From contig CM035360.1 of assembly GCA_020137815.1 (NCBI GenBank), positions 2,232,001 to 2,296,000 of the forward strand: DNA of 64,000 bases, given 5' to 3'. Every line of letters begins with the position of its first letter. Within the stretch, counting starts at the first letter, position 1. This DNA comes from Hormiphora californensis. Its lineage: Eukaryota; Animalia; Ctenophora. The position numbers and the translations under genes are program-made. A model generated the notes under the pieces. The model had not been told where the DNA came from and did not search any database. It saw only the letters and a program-made list of their open reading frames with translations. Of the stretch, positions 11,301 through 23,300 are shown in pieces.

Positions 11301-14300
11301 ACCGACCCTCTCTCTACTCCTCGATGTTTCCCGCCATGTTCTGCAGCTGCTGTGTGAGAGTTAAACGCGAGCGCGTCAATAACATGACACGACATGCAAC
11401 ACGACATGCGAGATGCGAATTTCATTATTTTGAAGTTTTGTGGGGTTGCGATTTTTGTTTTAGGTCGGAGAGTGAAACGGCCGGTACAGTGGTAAACTAG
11501 ATTAAAAACTGTACGCCTCATTAGACGGCGATTTTTCCTATCTTGTCTGGTTCCTGAGATATGGCCCCCTAAAGAGTTGGTGTCTCAAACTGCTGAATCG
11601 GGGTCACGCGAGGAAAATGGGCATCAGTTTGCGTGTACTGCTCCGTTTTTCACGGGACTTGAACGAGGGTGACGGCAAGAGTCTCACCTATTACATGGTA
11701 TCCTTACATTGTGTATTAAATCTAAAATGACTGAGCAGCATGCTTGTTAATGAACCTTGACGTGTTTACTTGTCTCGCAAGCGCGCTCGCGACTAGCAAA
11801 CACGACATGCAGTTCACACCCTGAATAAAAGGCTGCAAGGGATCACGTATCCAACCAGACTAAAGCGGGGGATAGACCGAATCGTCCTCCCCAGTGCAAA
11901 GATTGTGCTAATTTGCGAACATAATTCGTGGCAAAAAGTATCGAATTTTGAGCTAAAAAAGGCAAAAATTTGCTGCACAGCAAAATTGGGACATTTTTGA
12001 GTCAAATAGATGCTTCCATCGTGATCAGCGTCGAAAAGTAGGTCGGGGTACAAAATTTCATGTTTCTACCTCATCCCATTCGCCAATGCGAATCTTGCTA
12101 ATTTGGTGGCACATTCGAGGGCACATTAGCATGTTGCTATAGCAACTATGCCCTTTTTATGCCCTTAGGCCCTTGATTCGGTATTGTGCGCACATATAAA
12201 TAGCACTAAAAACCTCGATTGGTAAGTGCCTCAGTGGTCGAGTGGTTAAAGCGATAGACTCTGATACCAATATACGTGTGTTCGAGACCCGCCGGGACCG
12301 TGAAATTTTACTTATTTTTTTGTCGTCAAAGCAACCTAATTAGGTTGTTATTATTAACAATAACAACTGTTCCATGGTAATAAATTCAAGAATACCTTTT
12401 AGTAAACACAAGTTTTATTAATAAGAGGCTAAAAAGTTGGTGGCAAAAAATGTTTGGTCCAATTTAAGATTCGTGGCATTTTTTGAAATCTTTGCACTGG
12501 GTCGTCCTCCCCTAATAGTGTTTCGTATCACGTATCGGCTGTAGTGAGACCGAATCACCCTCCCCTAATTATAGTGATTCGTGTCACGTATCCAACTAGA
12601 CCATAGGCAATAGAGAGAGACCGAGATAGAGAGCGAGTACGAGTGAGAACTGAGAGTGTGAAAAATCAGAATCACGGTATATGGTATCACGTACCATGGT
12701 ATCCTCTAATGAAAAGCGGTTACCAATTGACAATGAGACCTCATCGGTCCCGATACGTGATTCTCTACCGCTATGTATTCTCCATTAGTCTTTCCGTATC
12801 GATCCACGATTCAGCAGAGGTAGTCAGTAACTACTGAGAGTGTTGGTCTAATGAGGTAGGGTAGATCTATTGATTGAGCGTGTAGCACAATCACAGGTGA
12901 ACCACCCAACCACTTGGTTCACCTATCATAGTATTATGTGTGATTCCGCTCTACTGAATTGTGTACATACAGACTATTGGCGAATAACGGTAGAAAATCA
13001 GTAATCACGTATTGGCAACGATTAGGTCAAATTATAGGTAACCGCCTTTCATTTAATTAATTAGAGGATATCATGAAACGTGATACAATACTTGATTAGT
13101 CGTCCAAGATTCGGATCTCTCACTCTCACCTCTCTAACTCTCTATCTCCGTCTATCTACCGCCTATGGTTTAGTTGGATACCAGGCACGAATCACTATAA
13201 TTAGGGGCGGGTGATTCGGTCTCTCTACCGCTTATGGTAGAAACCGATACGTGAAACAAAACACTATTAGGGGAGGACGATTCGGTCTATCTCCTGCTTT
13301 AGTGCTTTAGTCCAGTTGGATATGTGATCCATTGCAGCCTTTTATTGCAGCCTTTTATTGCAGCCTTTTAATGCAGCCTTTTATTGCAGCCTTTTTCTGC
13401 AGCCTTTTATTGCAGCCTTTTATTAGGAGCGAAGTTCTACTCACCTGCCGAAAAATTTAAAATGTTACCCTTACCTGCAGATCTGTAGAAATCAGATGCT
13501 TCGTCCCAACTAGGAAATTTAATCTGCTCCACAACATCACCACCCAGCTTTGTAACACAGTCACTTTCTGAACTATCTGCGAACTGGTAGTCCAGCACCT
13601 CAACTTCATTACATAAGATGGTGAGGGCGGTCTGTGTTTTGGCGAATATCCAAACCTTCTCCACCTCCTCCGGAGGCTGCACTGGAAAGTCTGTCCAGTC
13701 GCTGGTGCAGGAGGCTATCAAATACCTCATTGTGGAGAAATACACAGCCACAGCACCGATCTTAGTTCCGTCCTTGTCGTGCATCGCCACATAGAGCTCT
13801 TCACTACTGCCAAGGGTAGAGTCCGTCTTTATCTGTAGGTGTGTTGCCTCCAAGTCCCAGGGTATCATAACATTGCGCTTCACTGCTGTCCAACCTGAGA
13901 GAATTTAAGTTTTATCAAGAGACTGTAAATTGATTTAATTAACTGAAAGTACAATTTAACCCTTATCTGCAGCTTTTTAATAGCTAGATTAATTTTAAAG
14001 CTTCGACCCTTACCGATACTGTAAAAGTCAGATGCTTCGTCCCAACTAGGAAATTTAATCTGCTCCACAACATCACCACCCAGCTTTGTAATACAGTCAC
14101 TTTCTGAACTATCTGCGAACTGGTAGTTCAACACCTCAACTTCATTACATGAGATGGTGATGGCGGTCTCTGTTTTGGTGAATATCCAAACCTTCTCCGC
14201 CTGCTCCGGCGGTTGCACTGGCAGGTCTGTCCAGGTATGGGTCGCAGTGTAGGTGCAGTGTATTATCTTATACTGCATTGTGGAAGAATACCACACAGCC

Positions 14301-17300
14301 ACATTACCGATCCGAGTACCGTCCTTGTCCTCCATCGCCACATAGATCTCATCCCTACTGCCAAGTGTAGAGTCCGTCTTTATCTGGAGAGGTGTTCCCT
14401 CCAGGTCCCAGGTTATGGAGACATTTCGCTCTACCGCTTTCCAATCTGGAAGAATTTGACTTCTATCATGGATCTGGCTCCATAATTTCACAGTATATAT
14501 TTTGGATCGGGCAGGATCACGTCACTCTATACTTGATAATGCACGGTAACCCACACGGCAGGCATGGGATCTCAATTGAGCCCGCGGGGTACCGTGTATA
14601 ACCCTACAGGATGATGCGATCGCATGCAAGCTACTTGTGATGCAAGCTACTTATGGTGCCTGCCTGATCCAATGCCGATCTTAGAAGCTTCGACTCGATA
14701 ATGAGCCATACAAACAACCATCAGATTACCTCGATAATAATTTAAGTTTTAACGAACCTGTTCCAGTAGTTGTTGGCCACAGGACAGCCACCGAGAGCAA
14801 TAATACCAGAATTTTACGCATCGGTATTTTGTGCATTGTTTCTCTACTACAAGAAAAATAGCAAAACTTCAACACAACTTTGGGAAATGAGAGATCTGCT
14901 CTCTAAATGTTCAGCTCTGCCCCTAGTAAAGGCATTTGTACGCTAAACGAGCTATAGAGATTGCTCGTTACTGTATACAATCCTTTTCTGTTACAAAGCT
15001 AAAAATATATATATTGTGTTCCTCAATACCTTTCTCTCTAGAGGGAATCGAGAACTCTCCCTCTCCCTCTCCCTCTCCCTCTCCCTCTCCCTCTCCCTCT
15101 CCCTCTCCCTCTCCCTCTCCCTCTCCCTCTCCCTCTCCCTCTCCCTCTCCCTCTCTCTCTCCCTCTCTCCCTCTCCCTGTCCCTCTCTCTCTCTCTCATC
15201 TATTATCTAAGCTACTACTGAGAATCCTCCATTAGAAACTTTTCAAGTGTAAATCACGCAAATCAGAGAAACCCCAACAAAAAAACAAAAAACATATCTT
15301 GTGATCATTTTCGATGCACGAGCCAATCAGTGGCCTGGATTTCGAAATAAAGGCCTCTGCCCTCGCCCCTCTGATTGGCTCGCGCATCGGAAAATGACCA
15401 AAAATGAAGGTGCTCAAGCCCAAACTTCCCGATAAGATAGAAAGGTAACAGTCAGACACTAATATTTTCTTTAATTTCTTAATAAACGATGCAGTTTCTT
15501 TGTTTTTGAATAGCTTACTCTTGTAGTTTCTTAAAAAAGTTTTCTTATTTAAAAGTTTCTTGAAATATACTAGTAGCTTAACGAGAGTTAGGTAATAAGG
15601 CAAATGAACATATAACTTGTGTGTACGGGTGCGTCCCCACTGGTCAGTTGTAGTGTGATTTGTCGTGGGTAATGGCTGGTCGTCTAGTGTTAGGCCCAAG
15701 GTGCGTACCTGGTCGTGACGGTGGTGTGCCGAAGTATAACAGCGACGTGGGAAGGTGTCGTTGAGAAGGTGTACACGTGCTTTACGTGTAGAACAGGGAC
15801 AGGAGGTGGGGCACACGATTCAGTCGTGTGTAGAAGGGATCGATGAGAGGACGTTGAATATCGACCAGTGGTGGGTGTTGTTGAAGGATTCGTAGAAGTG
15901 ATACAAGTTGGTTTTGGGGTCGTTCAAAGAAGTAACTTGTTACAAAACAAAACGTAAAACGTAAAACTTGGAAGTGAAGGCGGAGTTTGTTGTGGTGATT
16001 AATATCTTTTCGCCTTCCCATCGTCATGCCTATTGGCTTTAGCCAATTAGGAATGCCGATGATCAAGTGCGGTTGTTCTGAGTTGTTCTGACTAGTTCTG
16101 AGCTGTTCTGAGTTGTTCTGACTAGTTCTGAGCTGTTCTGAGTTGTTCTGACTAGTTCTGAGCTGTTCTGACGTTATATAATAGCTGTTCTGTCTCTATG
16201 CTCTCTAGTTCTCTGTGGTTACATAGCAACAGAGGGAGAGAGAGAGAGAGCAATAACGATTAACAGTTAGAGGTATAGAGAACTACTGATATATATCTCT
16301 CTGGGCTCTCACTGTCAGCCCCAGATAGTACATCTCACCCCCCTTGCATAAAGAAAGGGTGACTGTCACTAAATTCTTAAACTAAAAACTTCTCTTTGTT
16401 CATGCAACACTTGTGACTAAAATAATTTCGATCATGTCAGTTTTTCAACAAAAAATTCTAATAATTAGAAAGTACTCTTTATCATAGCTAATATATCATA
16501 AAACTAACTGTCTATTGAATAAATAATGGACCCCAATTTTCTGGACTCAAAACTAAAATTTTGTTATATATTTTATATTTTATTTTTTCTCTTATATTAT
16601 TCATTTTTTTCCAACATTTTATTTCAGCTTCAGCATGCTAGTTTGGCGGGTACTCTACCCTCCGCTAATATTTTTGACAGATTACTCTCATTAATATTTT
16701 ATATTATATCTTATATGTATATTGTTATGGAATAAATTTTATCAAAAAAAATTCTGTGTCTTTACTCGCACAGTTATCGTCTAATTGATGATAAAAAGTA
16801 GTAGCGTTCCGATTTTTCCGCTACTTACAATTCCTCTGAGATACCTTCGGCGACAGTGGTTGGATGGGTTGTTCTCCTTGCTGGTGATCTTGGGTATGGT
16901 GGTAAAGTTTTGATTTTGGTTATTCCTCGATCCTCCTTGTTGGGTAGTGATCGTTCTCTGGTCTGATTGCACTTGTAGTTCATTGGGATGTTCTGGTCTC
17001 TTGCACAGAAGTATATCTGGTATTTTTGATGCTGCTGGCTCCGTAATTGACAGTTGTTGAGTGGTTTCCAGGTTTGGTGATGATGCCACTCCTTTCTTCT
17101 AGGGTAGAAGGTGTGTTTCTCTCAGTGTTCCTCATGAGCCGCATTGATTTATCCATTTGTGTACTGGTAAGTTTGAAGGCCAGTTATGAAGTCCTGTCGT
17201 CATTTCGTGATGTAAGTTACCCGGGAGATTCAGGTATGTGGTAAGTGTTAACCAAATTGGAGATTCACCAGTAGTGGAGATTGTTGGAATCAGTGTTTAC

Positions 17301-20300
17301 TGTCTCTGCAGACAAACGTATTTACAGTCCCGACAGACGGATACGTATTTAATGTCTCGACAGACGTACACGTATTTAAATGTCTCGTCAGACGTACACG
17401 TGTTTAAATGTCTCGTCAGACAGTCCCTGTTTTTGAATGTTCCTCACTTGTTGTTTAAATTTTGTCTCGACAGGCGATGCAGGGCGTTGTTGACAGGTTT
17501 CCATTCGCCCCGACCCACCACACTACATTTTGTACATCTAATTTATTTAGGACGACTCTACATGAGACACACGGTAGACACTAAACATTGGACTTTCACA
17601 AATTTACAAAGTCATTGTCTCTGTCGTATGTCTGTAATATTCCTTATGTGTGTGGTGGTGTCAACTGGTGTGTTTGTAAGTTTTGGTGAAATATGAAATA
17701 AGAAATGATTTGATGCTAGGTGATCTGGATTATGCGTAATACGTATTTGATTGTGTGACCTCAAAACTCAAAATTATTTCGAGTTTGGTTATTGATAATC
17801 TCTCCGTTTGTTTGCTACCAAAGTTGTAAAGTTGTAATTCAAAATTGTGTAACTGTAGTGGATTTTTCGAATAAATTTTAAGGATTCAGTTCCTTAGTTA
17901 CCACTTCAATTGCCATGGCAACTGTGTAATTGACGCTGAAAGTGGTGGAAGAACCACACGGCGACGCCGGTTGGGTTATCAAAAGTCTTACTCGAGGCAC
18001 CTGACACACTCAATGGGTGTGCTAGAGGTTATAAAATGTTAAATTATAAGATTTCGATTTACACGGTGTGATTTTAACTGTCTTTGATCATTTGATTAAG
18101 CGCCTATTTTCGTTGATGTTACCAAGTTGTCTTGTTTATGGTTAATTAACTGGTTAACTATATATTTTACTTCTCTTGTATAATAGTTAACGATATTTAA
18201 ATTTAGAACAAAGTCATGTGTTCGACGGCAATGGGTTTATAATTAATGATAATCATGTCTGTTTCAGATTTGAACGGTTATTAAAGTTATCTGGTTAAAT
18301 ATCAGTATTCCTTAGTTGTATTCTGTTCTATGCTAATTGTTTGCATTATCATTTTGTATACTTAGTGCCAAGTTCTTGTGTTGATTTTTTTTCAGTTTTA
18401 GACGGTAATTAGGGCTATCTACAAAAAAGTTAATATTCTATGTTTTCGGCCTGAGTTATGTCGATTCCAAATAAAGGGCGTATCGGGCAGTATTATAGTG
18501 AGGGTATATCGTTTACGGGATGTTTTTTTGTCTCGTGTTTGGGCAACTACCAGTTTATCGAATTTTATAGTTTTTATTATAATTTCTTGTTATATTAATA
18601 GTATTATAAGTTAAATTATGTATTATTCATGTGCGTTATAATATTCAATCTTTGTTTAATGTTTGTTTATCTGCAGTAAAGTGTACGTTTATTCGAGAGT
18701 TAATTGATTTATTTAAGCGCTGCTTGTTGTACTGTAAAACTAGATATTTTCGAGGCAATTAATTTTCGCGATTCGATCAAAATTTACTATTTTCGCGATT
18801 TTAATTTTCGCTAATCCCACTGCTACCCCCATTTCACGGTCCTAGTCTATTGTCTAATTACGCCAAGAGTGCAGTCATCATTGCCATGAGACACCAGACC
18901 TGCTTGGCGTAGACCAATGAAATGTGAGCATTTTCTCATTGCTGATTGGCTCTAAGAGATAGCCAATCAGGGGTGAGACAGAAAAGGCTCACATCTCATT
19001 GGCTTACAACTCCTACTGAATCCCTTGCCACGTATAAGAGCAGTGGTCACATGACCATTATTTTCTGTAAAAAATCGTCCAAAATATTTTCGCGGAATTA
19101 ATTTTCGCGGATTTTCCAGCCAAAAATAAAGAGCGAAAATAAAAATCTCACGAAAATTTCTAGTTTTACAGTATATTAATATTTATTAAGTTAATTGAAT
19201 TTATTTTATTTTATCCCGGGTGGGGTCTCTCTGCCCCATGGGGTGCTCGCTGCCCCATACTAGAGTGTGATTACGTAATATTGCAATTTCATGGCATTGT
19301 GCTTTAATATGACCAACGTTGGTTTTTTTGTATTTAATTAATTAAAAGCGTATACTTACAAGTTTGCTGTAAGTAATAGCAATATATTTAAGTGATTGAG
19401 TACGGTACCATGATAAGTGATTAGGGTATTCACAGTTCGAGTGATCAGTTCGACCGATGATCCCCCATCATGGTAATAATAAAACGGGCTGGCCAGCCAA
19501 AGTTTCCGGACTCAAATCTTAAGTGTTTAGAGGTACCTCGAGGTAATATAATATGTACAAGAAACGTTAATTAATTAGTTTAAATTGTTATTAATTGCCA
19601 TGTGTGTGTGTGTGTCGTGTACCTCCCGTACTTCCACCCACTTGCTGTCGTTGGGGAGCAGCGATCCCTAGATTTCACAGTTCTCTCCTCAGGTCACCAA
19701 CACACATGGCTGCCCAGAGCGCCGTGCTCGATCTCCCGGTCAGGTCCCACCAAGGTAGCGCCGGGTTTCCCCGGTACCCCTTAGTGGTACCCTTCCATTG
19801 GAAGACACGAGTCGACAGACGAGAACTGTTTCGATAAAGAGCATGAAGGTCACCACCAACAGCAGGCGCACTAGTACTACTGTACCAGTCTTACGGTACT
19901 GGGTTTCCCCAGAATAGGTTAAATCGCCGAACGATAGTGCGCGTTCATCTTCACCATGATGAGGCACCATTTGTGCACTACCACCTGCCTGTTTCCAGGC
20001 GTGTACCTCTGATCGGGGTACAGTGGTAGGGTTCGGTCCATCGAGTCGTCATAGCAGCTATGATCGAGTCGACCCAGGTGGCGCTGTTCTTTTTGTTTTG
20101 CCGATCTAGCTGTGGGGGGCCAGTCCAAAGGCTAGTGACTTGGTTTGTATTGCGCTTTTGCTAGTTGCGGATTTGCTTCTGCCGTGATGGTTTCAACAGA
20201 CTCTACCTGATGAGATCAGGACTTTGCCAGTGTGCACTTTTAAACTACCGTTGGTATAGAATCATTTTGGTGGTAGCGTTATGTTTTATTTGAATAGACC

Positions 20301-23300
20301 GGATTTGGTGACTACGTTGGTGAGTTTCCTTAGTTCCAGTGGCTCGTCTTCATTGTAAATGTTTTCTTTGATGTTTTGATACTCTTGAGTGAATCTGAGG
20401 TGGTCAAGGTCAGGACAGTTTAGTAGTTTGTGTTTGGAGTTTTCTCTTTCCCCACATAACTCACAGTTGGGATTTATGGAAGGGTCTCTGTGGGAGAGGG
20501 CGCTTCCTAGGTTGTTCTGGCCCGATATGGCCAGTGTCAGACTTCTCATTGTCTCCTTGTTTTTGATTGTTAGTTTAGTGTTTTCTCTAATAATCTTTCC
20601 GATAATCGTTGTGGTAAACTCAGAGTAATTTTTCGTCTTTAGTTCAGCGATTATTCCTGTCTTGTGTTGTTGTTTCAGCTTTGCCGTTATTTGGCTCTTT
20701 GTTTGTCCCAGTGCATTCTGGGTGTTTTTGCTGTTTGCAGTCGCTTGTTTTGCTATTTGATCTGCCCTTTCATTACCTTCTATGTTTGCATGGGCCTTCA
20801 CCTTTACTATTTCTACGCCATTATCTCTTTGCAGTTTGTGTATACTTCGTAGGGTTTCAGTTAGTTGTTTTGAGTTTGCAAAATTTCTTGTTAGTCTTCT
20901 CAGTGTAGTGCTAGAGTCGGTGTGGATCACTAGGTGTGACTCCTTTGTTTCCATTTCTAGTAGTTTCTTTATTACCAATTGTATTGCCAGTAGCTCTGCT
21001 TGATTTATGGTGTTTTCGGGTGCTGTTAGTTTCCTGGTTATCCATGTAGATTATGGCTCCTGCCTCTGTCATATGTGTTGAGTCTTTCTTAATTCTTGAC
21101 CCATCTGTATACGCGTTTGTTATTTTGTACTTGCTCAGTTGGGAGTTTTGTTCAAAGGTTATATCGGTGTGTTTTGTCTGGTCGATGGCATTAGGAATTT
21201 TTAGGCTTGTTATGAGTAATTTCATCGCTTTCGAGTGCGTTAGATGAGCTCTTTTTTCGTGGAAGGGGTCTGTCCATCAGTTTCCCTCAGCCTTCAGGTG
21301 TATATATAGTTGTTGATACTTTCTTTGTTGATATGGTAGGTGACATCGTCCACTCCTGCCATTGTGGTTAGCACTATGTGCTGATTGTGTTCGTGTCCTC
21401 CGGTAATCCTTCGAGTGATAGAGTTCTGTGCTGCTTCCAGCTTCATCTTGAGTGTTTGGTTTTTCAGCGCTTTCTGTCCCCATATGCCTGCCCCGTATGT
21501 CAGGGTCTTCATAAGGATATTGTCGTGAACGTATCTGCCTTGGGCTGTGCTTATTCCCCATTTTGTTGTCATGAGGTGTCTCAGTGGTCTCGCAGATCGT
21601 TTAATTGTTTCTGTTTTATTTTGGACGTGGGCTTTGTAGTTTAAGTTTTTGTCCAGGGTTATTCCTAGATACATCGCCTGGTTTGTGACTGGGATAGTGT
21701 AGTGCTAGAGTCGGTGTGGATCACTAGGTGTGACTCCTTTGTTTCCATTTCTGGTAGTTTCTTTATTACCAATTGTATTGCCAGTAGCTCTGCTTGATTT
21801 ATGGTGTTTTCGGGTGCTGTTAGTTTTCCAAAATCCAGTTTCTGGTTTTTGTCATATATGTTTTGTTGTATCGTGTATCGCCGATACTATCGGAAATTTA
21901 ATTATTATTATTATTATTAAATCTGTTTACAATAAATTGACACTGTCAATATTGCCCTCCTATTTGCGAGGAAAATGGAACTCTCTAGGTCTCTTTCACA
22001 CTTTCTCAGCTGTCAGATCATACAAAAAAATATAAAATGTCGATTAAAATACTGATTAGATAATGATTAAAATATATTGTAAATTGATTAAATAAGTTAG
22101 TTAAAAATTCACTCCGTGGAGTGCGATTCGTACACAGTGTGTACGTCTCGGGCTGGTCAGTTATACATTTACAATTGATTAGAATTATATAAACCCATTA
22201 CACAAGCAGTTGATCCCCAAATAAAGATTGTTCTATTACAGCTCTTACTAGCTTTCTAAAGTTCGATTTTACCTGCTTGTCTTTGGAGAAAATTAGTGGA
22301 AGATGGAAGTTCATTTCATAAGAAGATATCACCCTTAGTTCCTCACGGGGCCCTTCCACATCTTTTATCGCAGAACATTCAAACAACTTGTGGAATGTTG
22401 AATCTGGGAGTTGGCCACATTCAAGACAATTAGGAACTGTAAGTGATCGCTCGTATCTCAGGTAACTGAAGCTGAAGTCTTGAAAACGTAAGGATCTGCC
22501 ATGTACAAAGTCTAAGACCTGAGATGAGTTCTGTCGGGACATGTTTCTTGGAATTATGGGGAAATCCAAAGTGGCCTCTGAGTTGATAAGGTTGGCGAGT
22601 TCTTCTTGAGAGTGAATAGGAAGTATGCTGAAAGGGTCATCTCGAGTCAAATGGTTAATCGATGATTTGAGTGACCGGTCCCATAAACTACATGTGTACT
22701 GTCTCATTTCCTCTTTTGAGTACAGGAAAGTGTCCGGCTCTAAACTTTCCAAGTTAATAGTTCTGATTGAATCTCTGTTAGAATCCTGGATCTGGACACC
22801 GTCTAGTTGAGTCGACTTCCAAACCAAATATCTTTTGGTAGCAGCAATCTGCCAGAAGAACACATGATTTTGTTCCGCTTCAATTTGTAGTAGTTTAGCT
22901 GATATATTATCTTTAGCTGCAAGGCCTTTTAGGACAAATTTGGTTACCACTGTTTCCACAAGAACGTCAATAGGAGGCACGCATGCTAGGAGTTCTGACA
23001 GAGGTTTGGCTATGTGAACTTGTCCCCCTGTTATCTTCAGCCGTGCTCGGGAAAGAAGATCTCCGAAGAAGTCCGTTCGCTGTCTTAACCAAACTGGTGC
23101 TGCATAAAGGATGTTTGTCAAGATTACTGTTCTGAATAGTAGCGAAAGCCCCGAACTGTTAATCCCTGTCAGTCGACCAGTCATTGAGGTTAATGTGTTC
23201 CAGTTAAACCAGCATCTTTTCAGTACATCAGCAGCATGAGTCATGAAATTTAGGTTACTATCAATGTAAACCCCAAGGACTTTACTATTCTTGGCAAAAG

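Larger units (their letters stand above)
8037..13449. mobile_element. Non-autonomous TIR element (Merlin/MuDR-like) with nested insertions
   Basis: TIR GGCAGGTGAGTAGAACTTCGCTCC followed by (AATAAAAGGCTGC)n; 8-bp TSD GAAAAATT (8029-8036 and 13450-13457). Confidence 0.85.

Noticed and set aside
14936-15235. SP/SL/ER-repeat ORFs here and at 33047, 51739, 55375-56344
   Set aside because: Translations of CT/GA microsatellites.
15232-16066. Duplicated ORFs also seen at 50641-51124
   Set aside because: Incidental frames within the LTRs; useful only as evidence of LTR identity.
20200-20260. CTGATGAG as a hammerhead core
   Set aside because: No suitably placed stem II and GAAA downstream.
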